NCBI GenBank assembly: GCA_024421085.1
Contig: JAHQYN010000004.1
Coordinates: 8,232 to 72,231, forward strand
Source of the DNA: Acidimicrobiia bacterium
Lineage (GTDB): Bacteria > Actinomycetota > Acidimicrobiia > Acidimicrobiales > Aldehydirespiratoraceae
Reading direction: 5' to 3'
DNA: 64,000 nt
In this document: piece by piece, positions 44,628 through 53,554 of the stretch
Layout of the letters: every line of letters starts with the position of its first letter
Numbering within the stretch: position 1 is the stretch's first letter
Notes under the pieces: model-generated
What the model was told of the DNA's origin: nothing
Database searches by the model: none
The model's input: the letters and a program-made list of their open reading frames with translations, nothing else
Position numbers and translations under genes: made by a program

Positions 44628-46576
44628 TGCCGCGTCTCCGAGCCGCTCTGCGCGGCCATTGCAACCGGCACGGCGGCCGGGTCTGCCCGGACGCGCTGTG
44701 CCACGACGGTCTGGTCACCGAAGGGTGCGAGATGCAGTTGGCGGACCGCATAGCCCGCAATTTCAGCAAAGATCGGGGCGGCCACCGAACCGCCTCCGTA
44801 GCTCTCGCCCTGCGGATCATCGACCACGACGAGGGCACTCAACACGGGACCCTGGTCGTTTTCCACTATGCCGACGAAACTGGCCGTGTAGTGCCGTTCC
44901 TTGACTTCTAGGTCATCGGGGTCGGCACCGTATTCGAGTTCTTCATTGCAGATGTAGCCGGCGACGTTGCCGCACGGCTGCCATGCGGTCCCCGTCTTGC
45001 CCGCCACAAGATAGCCGTGCAGAGCCGCGCGTTTGCCGGTGCCTGAACTGACCACGCCGCGCAACATGTCCATGAGCGACTGTGCGTTCGCAGCTGACAC
45101 GACCCTGACCGGCTGCGCCGGGGAGCTTTCGGGATCGTCGAACCCGCCCTCGAGCAGCAGCTTCGGCTCGATCCGGACCCCGCCGTTGGCCAGGGTGTTG
45201 TACGCCTGAATCAATTGCAGCGGCGTGACCGCGATGCTCTGCCCGATGGCGGCGTTCGACAAGATCAGGCTGTGCGAGTCGAGATCCTCGACGATGCCGG
45301 GGCTCTCGCCCGGGAATGCCAAGCCGGTCTGGCGCCCGAACCCGAAGTTCTCGAAGGTCCGCTGGAGCGCCTCTGCTCCGAGGGCCTGGGCGAGCAGCAC
45401 CGTCCCGGTGTTCGAGGAGTGCATGAGAATCGTCGAGGGGAGGTTCTCAACAGTCGTGCCCCAGGGGACTCGCTTGTCGAGATAGACGAGGCTGTCGACA
45501 CCGGATTCGCGCGCCACCGCGACCGATGCCGGGACCTCCACCGGATCATCGACTCCCCACGCGCCATGGTCGAACACGCCCGCGAGCGTTACCCCTTTCA
45601 TGGTCGATCCCGGTTCGTAGGCCCACACCGCCGCCAGGTTGGCGTCGCTGCATTCGACCTCCCCGGTGTCTGCGTCTCGCAGGACGCTGGCCATGGCGTA
45701 GATCTCCCCGGTCAGGGGATCCGTGACGATGGCGATGGCCGTGGCTGCCTGCGTCTCTGTCAGCGCGGCAGCGAGGATCTGTTCTGTTCGATACTGGATG
45801 TTGCGGTCGATGCTCAGTCTCAGGTCCTCTCCGGACTCTTGGGGCCGGGTCACCTGGTAACCGTCGGGGATCTGCACGGCGCGGTCGATCTGCGTCTGGC
45901 GCAGGGCGCGGCCCGGGCTTCCCCGGAGCTGCTCGTCGAACTGCTTCTCGAGGCCCGATATGCCGACCTGCTCGGTGTCTACGATACCGACCACTGACAG
46001 CGCCGAGCACGGACCGTTGGGGTGCTCGCGGTACTGCTCGTCGATGGTCCAGACGTCTGGAAGTCCGAGGGCCTCGACGGCTTCGCCGACTTCGGGGGCT
46101 ACATGTCGCTCAAGGTAGACGAAGTTCTTGTCGCGGTGCAGATCCCGCGTCATCGTTTCGGGGTCGGTGGTCAGCACCGTTGCGAGTTCGGCGACGATGT
46201 CATCGATGTCGGCGGTCGCCGAGCTGGCGATGCCGCGGGGGTCGGCGACGGCCGACGGCCGCGGTGCGGAGAATGCGAGCAGCCGACCGTGGCGGTCCAC
46301 GATGTCGCCGCGCGATGCTTCGATCCGCTCCTCGCGCAGGTAGCTCCCCACGTTGTTGAGCAGGTCGTAGTCGGGGCTCAGCTGCAGGTCCACCAGCTTC
46401 CACAGGAAGCCTCCGGTCGCGAGCACCAGCGCAAAAAGGATCACCCCGAAGCGCCAAGGGCTGACCTCGACGCGACCACCGCGCCGCGGGGCCCGACCCT
46501 CGACGCGACCACCGCGCCGCGGGGCCCGGTTGCGGCCTCGTTGTCCGGCTCGGTCCGAATGCGGCGTCCGGCTCAT
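44624..46576 (-). CDS. ftsI: Class B penicillin-binding protein (FtsI-type transpeptidase)
   Basis: N-terminal TM segment WRFGVILFALVLATGGFLW, then PBP dimerisation and transpeptidase domains (SSNTG and KTGTA). The ATG at 46576 overlaps the ftsL stop; the 208-codon upstream part of the ORF-track call is rejected. A 2 x 33-bp repeat lies at 46465-46530. Confidence 0.9.
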   Translation of the reverse strand: MSRTPHSDRAGQRGRNRAPRRGGRVEGRAPRRGGRVEVSPWRFGVILFALVLATGGFLWKLVDLQLSPDYDLLNNVGSYLREERIEASRGDIVDRHGRLLAFSAPRPSAVADPRGIASSATADIDDIVAELATVLTTDPETMTRDLHRDKNFVYLERHVAPEVGEAVEALGLPDVWTIDEQYREHPNGPCSALSVVGIVDTEQVGISGLEKQFDEQLRGSPGRALRQTQIDRAVQIPDGYQVTRPQESGEDLRLSIDRNIQYRTEQILAAALTETQAATAIAIVTDPLTGEIYAMASVLRDADTGEVECSDANLAAVWAYEPGSTMKGVTLAGVFDHGAWGVDDPVEVPASVAVARESGVDSLVYLDKRVPWGTTVENLPSTILMHSSNTGTVLLAQALGAEALQRTFENFGFGRQTGLAFPGESPGIVEDLDSHSLILSNAAIGQSIAVTPLQLIQAYNTLANGGVRIEPKLLLEGGFDDPESSPAQPVRVVSAANAQSLMDMLRGVVSSGTGKRAALHGYLVAGKTGTAWQPCGNVAGYICNEELEYGADPDDLEVKERHYTASFVGIVENDQGPVLSALVVVDDPQGESYGGGSVAAPIFAEIAGYAVRQLHLAPFGDQTVVAQRVRADPAAVPVAMAAQSGSETRQ

Positions 46577-47022
46577 TGCCGCGCGCCCGGCGGAGTGAAG
46601 GGATCGGCCGTTCTCGGGGGCTCCAGCAGGCCGGGGGTGAGCGGCACCAGCAGCGCCACTTCCGCGGCCGGCACCAGCCCGGCGTCGCCGACCTTGTCGG
46701 AGAGTCCTTCGGGGGAGTCGTGCCAGGCCCGTTCGGCCAGGGCCCTGATCCGCGTCTGCCGCAATTCGATCATCTCCCGCTCTATCCCGTCGATCTCCGC
46801 CTGCACCTGGATGTCGCCGGCGAACAGGCCGGCGACCACGAAGGCGATCCCCACCGCGATCGAGCAGACGACCGTCATTGCGGGCCAGATGCGGTCGTCG
46901 GTTCGGGCCGCCCTGTTGCTGGGCGCGACCTTCAAGTTCGCCCGCCGCGGGGCGGCTTCGGGCGAACTTCGGGGCGCGGGCCGGGCTGCTGCGGCGTTTC
47001 TTCGGGAGGCGCTCGTCGCCAT
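46573..47022 (-). CDS. ftsL: FtsL-like bitopic division protein
   Basis: Basic N-terminus, a single TM segment (MTVVCSIAVGIAFVVAGLFAG), then a short coiled coil, in the canonical slot between rsmH and ftsI. The call rests on position and topology only. Confidence 0.6.
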   Translation of the reverse strand: MATSASRRNAAAARPAPRSSPEAAPRRANLKVAPSNRAARTDDRIWPAMTVVCSIAVGIAFVVAGLFAGDIQVQAEIDGIEREMIELRQTRIRALAERAWHDSPEGLSDKVGDAGLVPAAEVALLVPLTPGLLEPPRTADPFTPPGARQ

Positions 47023-47993
47023 TACCGTTCCTCTCGGAGTCGCTCGACCGCACGCAGGCGTGCGGCTCTTGCACGAGGGTTCCGGTCTGTCTCCTGCGCG
47101 CCGGGCCTGCGGGCGCCGCGCCACAGCAGGCGGACGCTCGCCGGTCGGGGCTGCGCCGGCAGGCCGGGTCGAGGAGGGGGAACTTGGCCCGAGGCCTCAT
47201 TGAAGCAGCGCTTGACGATCCGGTCCTCGCCGGAGTGGTAGGCCAGCACCGCGCAGCGCCCGCGCGGCGCCAGCAGCGCTAGCGCCTGTTTGATCGCGTC
47301 CTCCAGGATCCTGAGCTCTTCGTTGACCTCGACGCGGATCGCCTGGAAGGTCCGGCGTGCGGGATGGCCCCTGCTCCGACGGACCGCTGCGGGAACGGCA
47401 CCGCGGACGACCTCCGCGAGCTCGACCGTCGAGGTGATCGGTCTGGCCGCGACTATCGCCCGCGCGATTCGGTGGGCATCGGGCTCGTCGCCATGCTGCC
47501 GCAGCAGCGCCGCCAGCGCCCCCTGGTCGTAGCTGTTGACCACATCGGCGCCGGTGATCCCGCGGCTGCGGTCCATCCGCATGTCGAGCGGGCCGCAGTG
47601 CCGGTAGCTGAAACCGCGCTCGGCGGTGTCGAGCTGCATCGAGCTGACCCCCAGGTCGAATAGGCATCCCGAGATTCTCTGGACGTCGAGCTTTCGCAGC
47701 GTCGCCTCCATCTCGTCGAAGCGGCAGTGGACCAGCGCAGCCCGTGGTCGCTGAGGGGCCAGCCGGGCGCCCGCGGCGCTCAGCGCGTCGGGGTCGCGGT
47801 CGATCCCGACCAGCGACAGACCGCGGTTGGCGTTCAGCAGCGCCTCGGCGTGTCCGCCCGCGCCGAGTGTGGCATCGACCACGACGCCATCAGGCACTCG
47901 GGACAGCACCGCCACTACTTCGTCGAGCATTGCCGGTTGATGCCCAGAGCTGCCCACGAGGTCTTCGATGCCCAGGCGGTCTTCGGTGCTCAC
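47022..47993 (-). CDS. rsmH: 16S rRNA m4C1402 methyltransferase
   Basis: HQPAMLDEVV, DATLGAGGHA, FDLGVSSMQLD and NPRARAARLRA motifs. The GTG at 47993 overlaps the mraZ stop (GTGA). Confidence 0.9.
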   Translation of the reverse strand: MSTEDRLGIEDLVGSSGHQPAMLDEVVAVLSRVPDGVVVDATLGAGGHAEALLNANRGLSLVGIDRDPDALSAAGARLAPQRPRAALVHCRFDEMEATLRKLDVQRISGCLFDLGVSSMQLDTAERGFSYRHCGPLDMRMDRSRGITGADVVNSYDQGALAALLRQHGDEPDAHRIARAIVAARPITSTVELAEVVRGAVPAAVRRSRGHPARRTFQAIRVEVNEELRILEDAIKQALALLAPRGRCAVLAYHSGEDRIVKRCFNEASGQVPPPRPGLPAQPRPASVRLLWRGARRPGAQETDRNPRARAARLRAVERLREER

Positions 47994-48445
47994 GTGCCCG
48001 CCTCGGTGCCGACGGGCCCGAGCCCGTATTCGCGGACGATGGAGGAAACGAATTTGGCGGGCCCGGATGGAAACACGGCGGCCCAGCGGGCCGGGTCCCA
48101 TACTTCGATTCTCTCGAGCACGCCCGCCACAACGACTCTGTCGCCGAGGCCCGCCAAGTCCCTCAGATGCGCGGCCAAGCGCATCCGGCCCTGGGAGTCG
48201 GGCACTGCCTCATCGGCGAGGCTGGCGAAGGCGCGCAGATGGTCGAGGTCCGCCCTTCCCTGCGACACCTGAGCCTTGAGGTGGGTCGCCATACGGTCGA
48301 ACTCCTCGGGGGGGAGGATCGCCAGGCAACGGTCGAGAGGGACCGTGACTGATCCCTGGGCCAGTTTCGAACGGAAGGTCGCGGGGAGGATGAGCCGGCC
48401 CTTCTCGTCGAGCGTGTGCTCGTATGTCCCCATGAACATTGCCAT
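47990..48445 (-). CDS. mraZ: Transcriptional regulator MraZ
   Basis: FMGTYEHTLDEKGRLILPATFR and a second DSQGRMRL half-domain. Confidence 0.9.
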   Translation of the reverse strand: MAMFMGTYEHTLDEKGRLILPATFRSKLAQGSVTVPLDRCLAILPPEEFDRMATHLKAQVSQGRADLDHLRAFASLADEAVPDSQGRMRLAAHLRDLAGLGDRVVVAGVLERIEVWDPARWAAVFPSGPAKFVSSIVREYGLGPVGTEAGT

Positions 48446-48494
48446 TTTCGGTCCCTGTGCCTACCTGCGAAGCTAGGTAGCCTTCAATTTCGCT

Positions 48495-48545
48495 CCCTTA
48501 TCCACCACAACGCTCCACTATATTCCCATATCCACCACATCGACA
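48495..48545 (-). promoter_or_regulatory. Candidate MraZ operator: three GTGG-type boxes (two copies of TGTGGTGGATA 30 bp apart with TAGTGGAG between them) upstream of mraZ
   Basis: tatccaccaca occurs at 48499-48509 and 48529-48539, and ctccacta at about 48514-48521. MraZ is known to bind serial GTG-containing direct repeats in its own promoter. Confidence 0.4.
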
Positions 48546-48577
48546 CAAGTTCGCATTGACCGACGACGCAAAACAGA

Positions 48578-48721
48578 GGCGCGGGACTCTGGTGCTGCGC
48601 ACAGGCCGCGGTCGTTCGCGGCTCCGGCTGCGCCCGGCGAAAGCACGGAGGCGCGGGACCCCGACGCCGCGCACAGGCCGCGGTCGTTCACGGCTCCGGC
48701 TGCGCCCGGCGAGAGCACAGA
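48578..48721. repeat. Two tandem 72-bp units upstream of the mraZ control region
   Basis: ggcgcggga...gcgcacaggccgcggtcgttc.cggctccggctgcgcccggcga.agcac.ga starts at 48578 and 48650. Confidence 0.85.
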
Positions 48722-48735
48722 GGCCCCTGAATTGC

Positions 48736-49437
48736 TCAGCGCAGGTGCGGCAGCAACAAATCGAGCACCGCCAGGTCGCCGATCTCATAGACCCTCGACC
48801 GCAAGCGCCGTGCCAAGGTGCCGACCGTTGGGCCGGCGCTCGGGTTCACCGCGACGAGACGAGCCGTCTGCTCGGCTGAGAATCGACGGTGCATGATCGT
48901 CTGGAAGCGGATCCAGTCACGGGTTCGCCGCTGGCTCAGTCCCACGACCTTCTTGGCTCCGCTGAAGACCTCCCCGGGTCCCCGGCCCACGAAACAGACC
49001 TTGCGGGAGAGGGCATCGCTGCTTGCGGGCCCGCGATGCACCGACAGGTCGGCGATGCCCGCATCGCGCAGCGCCGAAACGAACGTCTCACCGAGCCAGT
49101 CCGCCGCGACGACTACGTCGTCGCGCCACAGGGCGTCGCCCGCGGGCAGCCAGAAGTCGATCCAGACGTGCTCCGCGGGAACCAACAGGACGGCACCTCC
49201 CCCGCTGCGCCGCCGGACGACCTCCACACCCGTGGATTCGGCGCTGCCAAGGTCGATGTCGCTGTCGGGCTGGGAACTGCCGATGACGACCGCCGCAGAG
49301 ACTGCCTCGAGGATCCGCAGCGTGCGCCGGGCCTGCGCCGGGGGTGTGAACTCGTGGAGCGTCGCGGCGCGTCCGCGCAGGTGCTCGGCACCCCAGGTCA
49401 CGCTGAGCGGCGCTGAGCGGTCAGATACTGGGACCAA
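48736..49437 (-). CDS. Lipoate/biotin protein ligase (BPL_LplA_LipB) family protein
   Basis: VVRRRSGGGAVLLVP and GAKKVVGLSQRR (conserved Lys) motifs. The start is uncertain: a TTG at 49437 is chosen to limit overlap with the upstream HNH gene, while the ORF-track start is 49566. Confidence 0.6.
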   Translation of the reverse strand: MVPVSDRSAPLSVTWGAEHLRGRAATLHEFTPPAQARRTLRILEAVSAAVVIGSSQPDSDIDLGSAESTGVEVVRRRSGGGAVLLVPAEHVWIDFWLPAGDALWRDDVVVAADWLGETFVSALRDAGIADLSVHRGPASSDALSRKVCFVGRGPGEVFSGAKKVVGLSQRRTRDWIRFQTIMHRRFSAEQTARLVAVNPSAGPTVGTLARRLRSRVYEIGDLAVLDLLLPHLR

Positions 49438-49904
49438 GCGACCGGCATCGACCCCGCGGCAGCCTCGATCCACAAACCTGCAGGAGGCGGACCCGGCGGG
49501 TTCCGAAGCCGCATCGCGGTCTCGCCGAGCAGGCGGTCGCGCTTGTTGGCATTGCAGACCCGGCAAGCCGCGACGACGTTCTCCCAGACGTGGCGGCCGC
49601 CCCGGCTGCGCGGCACGACGTGATCGACAGTCTCGGCGCGCGCACCGCAGTACTGGCAGCCGTGGCCGTCGCGGGCGAAGATGCCGCGCCGGTCGGGTGA
49701 GCGGTGGCGCGCATAGGGAACCTTCACGAAACGCGAGAGTCTCACCACTGAGGGCTCGGCCAAGGCCAAGCGCTCAGAGCGCACCAGACGACCCGAGCTG
49801 TGCAGCATCTCGACCTTGTCGGCCAGTATCAAACACACCGCCCGGCGAACCGGAACGACCGCGAGCGGCTCGAACGTCGCGTTCAGAACGAGGACTCCGG
49901 CCAT
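49398..49904 (-). CDS. HNH endonuclease (McrA-like, small actinobacterial type)
   Basis: CQYCGARAETVDHVVPRSRGGRHVWENVVAACRVCNANK. Confidence 0.85.
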   Translation of the reverse strand: MAGVLVLNATFEPLAVVPVRRAVCLILADKVEMLHSSGRLVRSERLALAEPSVVRLSRFVKVPYARHRSPDRRGIFARDGHGCQYCGARAETVDHVVPRSRGGRHVWENVVAACRVCNANKRDRLLGETAMRLRNPPGPPPAGLWIEAAAGSMPVAWSQYLTAQRRSA

Positions 49905-49913
49905 GCGCGAACG

Positions 49914-50162
49914 CTAGTCTCCGCGGTGCCGCAGGTTCTCAGATTTGCACCAACGCAACCATGCGACAACGTCGGCGGCCGCGACCCGAGCCTCGGGATC
50001 GCCGTACTGGGTGACGACTCGGAAGCGGAGCATCCTCGGATCCGGCAGCGGCAGGAACGGTGCGCGGCGGTACCAGTGGTCGGGCGCGAACCTCTTAGCC
50101 TCCACGACCGCGGTCACCCACAGCGACGGCCTCAACAACACCGCCGCAACAACCGCGAACAC
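49914..50162 (-). CDS. Small hypothetical membrane protein
   Basis: The GTG at 50162 gives VFAVVAAVLLRPSLWVTAVV (TM) ..PFLPLPDPRMLRFRVVTQYGD. The ORF-track N-terminus (to 50336) is translation of the 88-bp repeat and is rejected. Confidence 0.35.
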   Translation of the reverse strand: MFAVVAAVLLRPSLWVTAVVEAKRFAPDHWYRRAPFLPLPDPRMLRFRVVTQYGDPEARVAAADVVAWLRWCKSENLRHRGD

Positions 50163-50169
50163 CGGTTGC

Positions 50170-50345
50170 GAAACTCGCGCACCGCTCACCACAGCCCCCT
50201 CACCGCGACCACCCCGAAACCACCGCCTCACCGCGACCACCTCAACACCACCGGCACCGCAACTCCCGCACCGCCTCACCACAGCCCCCTCACCGCGACC
50301 ACCCCGAAACCGCCGACACCGCAACCACCGCCACACCGCAGCCCC
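50170..50345. repeat. Two tandem units of about 88 bp (..caccacagccccctcaccgcgaccaccccgaaacc..)
   Basis: Seen at about 50179 and about 50267, between the ROK gene stop and the small ORF. Confidence 0.75.
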
Positions 50346-50346
50346 C

Positions 50347-51216
50347 TCACCGGCTTCTGGCGCCGTGTTTCGAGCCGGCGAAACCGACCGCCGCGGCGCC
50401 GATTAGCGGACCCCTCTCAGCCAGCCCGGCCGCCACGATCTGCGTCCCGACGGAGTGTTGAAGCCGGGCTACTCGGTCGCACTCAAGCTGGGCCGCGGCG
50501 AAGAAATCGTCGCCGTAACCGAGAGCCACCGAACCCGCTACCACTGCCAACTGCAGGTCCAGCAGGTTCGCGACCGAGCCCACCGCGCGTCCGACCATGG
50601 TGCCAGCACGCCTTCGTTCGTCTGCGCTGGCCTCGCTGGGCGGGGCGCCGGTCCGATGCGCGATGGCGATGCCGCTGGCCTCGGCTTCGAGCACTCCGCG
50701 CACATGGCCGGGCAGCTCGGTGCCCTCGGGCTCCACCACGAGGTGGCCGATGTGACCGGCGTTGCCCGCGGCGCCGTCGAGCAGCCTGCCGTCGAGGACG
50801 ATTCCGCCGCCGACACCGGTCGACACCACCATGGCGATGTAGTTGGAGACCCCCACCGCCGCGCCCAGCCACCCCTCCCCCAGGGCCAGGGCCTTGGCGT
50901 CGTTGTCGACGAACGTCGCCAGCCCGGTCAGCGCAGCCAACCGGGAGCGCAGCGGAAAGTCGCGCCACACCGCGATGTTGAGCGGCGACACCTGCTCGCC
51001 GTTGGGCCGCATCGGGCCGCCCGAGCCGACCCCGCAGACGTCCACGCCAGCGAGGTCGATCGTCTCGATGATCCCGGCCAGACGACCGAACAGCTCCTCG
51101 CCGTTGCGCGCGCCGGTCGAGTCGACTCGGACGCGCCCGTCGATCTCGCCGCTGTCGTCGACGACCGCGGCCTCGAACTTCGTCCCACCTATATCGACCG
51201 CGAGCGCAACTGCCAC
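50347..51216 (-). CDS. ROK-family sugar kinase (glucokinase / polyphosphate-glucokinase-like)
   Basis: LAVDIGGTKFEAAVVD and GHIGHLVV motifs. The usual CxCGxxGC zinc motif is not present (PEGTELPGHVRGVLE). Confidence 0.8.
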   Translation of the reverse strand: MAVALAVDIGGTKFEAAVVDDSGEIDGRVRVDSTGARNGEELFGRLAGIIETIDLAGVDVCGVGSGGPMRPNGEQVSPLNIAVWRDFPLRSRLAALTGLATFVDNDAKALALGEGWLGAAVGVSNYIAMVVSTGVGGGIVLDGRLLDGAAGNAGHIGHLVVEPEGTELPGHVRGVLEAEASGIAIAHRTGAPPSEASADERRRAGTMVGRAVGSVANLLDLQLAVVAGSVALGYGDDFFAAAQLECDRVARLQHSVGTQIVAAGLAERGPLIGAAAVGFAGSKHGARSR

Positions 51217-51357
51217 ATCTCAAAACTAGCCCTTGATTGTTGCAACGGACACGGCCCCAACGGGACTGCACGGCTCAGAGCCGCGGCGCGGCCCGACACG
51301 CTCTCCAACACTGAGACGCGCCGTGTGCCGGTTACGATTGACTCCCTTGGAGGTGCT

Positions 51358-52395
51358 GTGAGCGTTCTGGGCGACAACAGGGGTGGTCCCGCGGGCCTGA
51401 CCGCCGACGGCAAGGTTCCCGGTCGAGCCGCGGCCCTCGGGCCAGCCACCGATTTCCAGGAGACGTTCGCTTCGATCGTCGCCAACATCGAGACGGTGAT
51501 ACGCGGCAAGGCCGACGTGATCCAACTGCTCGTGCTCGCCCTGGTCTGCGACGGCCATGTGCTGATCGAGGATGTCCCCGGCGTCGGCAAGACCACCCTC
51601 GGCAAGGCCTTGGCGCGCAGCGTCGACGGCCGCTTCGGACGGGTCCAGTTCACCCCCGACCTGCTGCCCACCGATGTGACTGGCATGTCGGTCTGGAATC
51701 GGGCGGCCGAGACCTTCGAGTTCCGCGCCGGGCCGATCTTCTCGGACGTGCTGTTGGCCGATGAGATCAACCGCGCCTCCCCCAAGACCCAGTCCGCGCT
51801 CCTCGAGGCCATGGCCGAGCGCCAGGTCACCTCCGACGGGGTGACCCACGAACTGGGCTCACCGTTCATGGTCATCGCCACGCAGAACCCGATCGAACAC
51901 GAGGGCACCTACCGGCTGCCGGAGGCCCAGCTCGACCGTTTCCTGATGCAGATCGCCATCGGCTACCCCGACCGCGGGGCCGAGGAGCAGATACTCGAAT
52001 CGCAAGCCGGTACCGCTGGCCGTGCAGACCGGCTCGGCGCCGTCGTGTCGTCACTGGCGATCACCGAGATGTCTGCGTCCCTTGACCGGGTATACGTGGC
52101 TCCGCAGTTGCGCCGGTATCTGCTCGACCTGGCCGCCGCGACCCGCTCGCACCCGTCTTTGGCGCTCGGACTCTCGCCGCGGGGCCTGCTGGCCCTGCAA
52201 CGCGCGGCGCGTGCTCGGGCCGCGTCGGTCGGTCGCCAGTTCTGCACCCCCGACGATGTCAAGGAACTGGCAGGCGTGGTTCTGCCGCACCGGCTGCTCG
52301 TCACCGCCGAGGCGCGCATGCGCGGCGTGGCACCCGCCGAGGTCGTCACCGAGATCTTGGACAGCGTTCCTTTGCCGCGACCGAACCGAAACTGA
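51358..52395 (+). CDS. moxR: MoxR-family AAA+ ATPase
   Basis: [34 protein letters not shown] and ATQNP motifs. The start is the GTG at 51358 (GGAGG upstream) or the GTG at 51325; the ORF-track start at 50455 is rejected. Confidence 0.9.
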   Translation: MSVLGDNRGGPAGLTADGKVPGRAAALGPATDFQETFASIVANIETVIRGKADVIQLLVLALVCDGHVLIEDVPGVGKTTLGKALARSVDGRFGRVQFTPDLLPTDVTGMSVWNRAAETFEFRAGPIFSDVLLADEINRASPKTQSALLEAMAERQVTSDGVTHELGSPFMVIATQNPIEHEGTYRLPEAQLDRFLMQIAIGYPDRGAEEQILESQAGTAGRADRLGAVVSSLAITEMSASLDRVYVAPQLRRYLLDLAAATRSHPSLALGLSPRGLLALQRAARARAASVGRQFCTPDDVKELAGVVLPHRLLVTAEARMRGVAPAEVVTEILDSVPLPRPNRN

Positions 52396-52396
52396 C

Positions 52397-53554
52397 GTGC
52401 CGACCCCGACAGGCTGGTGGGTGCTGGGCGTCGGCCTCGCCGCAGGGGTCTTCGGGCGGCTGATCGGCAGCATCGAGTTGATCGTCCCCGCGGCGGCGGC
52501 GGTCGCTGCGGTCGGGCTGGGGTTGCTGCGGCTGCTGCTCCCGACCCGGCTGTCGGTCAAGAAGCAACTGTCTGCGGTGCGCGTCCCCGCGGGAGGATCG
52601 GTCCGAGTCGATATCGAACTGAGAAACGGCGGCGCCCGACGCACGCCCGTGCTCCGCCTGCACGACACGGTGGGAGGCACGCGGGGTTTCAGTGTGGAAA
52701 TCGCACCAGTCGCCGCAGGCGACACGGCCAGCATTTCGTACCGCCTCAACACCGCGGACCGCGGCCTGCAGCAGATCGGGCCCCTCACGGTCAGCGACAG
52801 CGACGCTTTCGGGCTGGTGCGGCGGAGACGACAGTTCCGCGGTGTGTTGCGGCTGATCGTCCATCCCCGCCTGGAGGCCGTCGCTGCGCCGCGGGCCGCC
52901 GCCTCAGAGGATTCACTGCTCGGCAGGGAGCACCACCGAGCGCTCGGGCTCAGCGACGAGGACTTCGATGGGCTTCGCCCCTACATCCCGGGCGACGATC
53001 TGCGGCGCGTGCATTGGGCGTCGTCGGCGCGCCACGACGAGCTCCTAGTGCGCAGGCACCGCCCGCCGCGGCTCGGACTGCTCTCAGTGGTGATCGACAC
53101 AAGGCCGCCCGGTGACAGTGAATCGGTGTTGGACATCAGCACTTCGATCGCCGGGTCGATCGCCGCGTCGGTTCTGGGGGCTGGCGACGCGGCCCTGGTC
53201 GAGACGACCGACGGCCGGTCGACGAGACGAGTCGTCGGCACTTCACAGCTCGACTTGCTGCTGGAGTTCCTCGCCCTGCTCGCCGACGGGTCGCCGGAGG
53301 TCCACGCGGCGGTACCGAGTAGCGGCGGGCCCGTCGTCGCAGTCTCAGCAGACCCTCTGCTCGTCGCTGACCCGGCGGCGCGGCGCAACTTCGCCCAACG
53401 GCTGCGGGCCCGGCTCGTCATCACCGCCGACGCCGAGAACTGGGGCGGCGACCATCGGCCGCACCGCTCGGCGGGGTGGATACATCTGACCGCCCCCGAC
53501 CAGCTCGGGGGACTGCTGCTGCCCGACCGCCTCCGCCCTCAGGAGTCCGCGTGA
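52397..53554 (+). CDS. DUF58 (vWA-like) protein, MoxR partner
   Basis: Two N-terminal TM segments and DFDGLRPYIPGDDLRRVHWASSAR. The GTG lies 2 nt after the moxR stop. Confidence 0.85.
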   Translation: MPTPTGWWVLGVGLAAGVFGRLIGSIELIVPAAAAVAAVGLGLLRLLLPTRLSVKKQLSAVRVPAGGSVRVDIELRNGGARRTPVLRLHDTVGGTRGFSVEIAPVAAGDTASISYRLNTADRGLQQIGPLTVSDSDAFGLVRRRRQFRGVLRLIVHPRLEAVAAPRAAASEDSLLGREHHRALGLSDEDFDGLRPYIPGDDLRRVHWASSARHDELLVRRHRPPRLGLLSVVIDTRPPGDSESVLDISTSIAGSIAASVLGAGDAALVETTDGRSTRRVVGTSQLDLLLEFLALLADGSPEVHAAVPSSGGPVVAVSADPLLVADPAARRNFAQRLRARLVITADAENWGGDHRPHRSAGWIHLTAPDQLGGLLLPDRLRPQESA

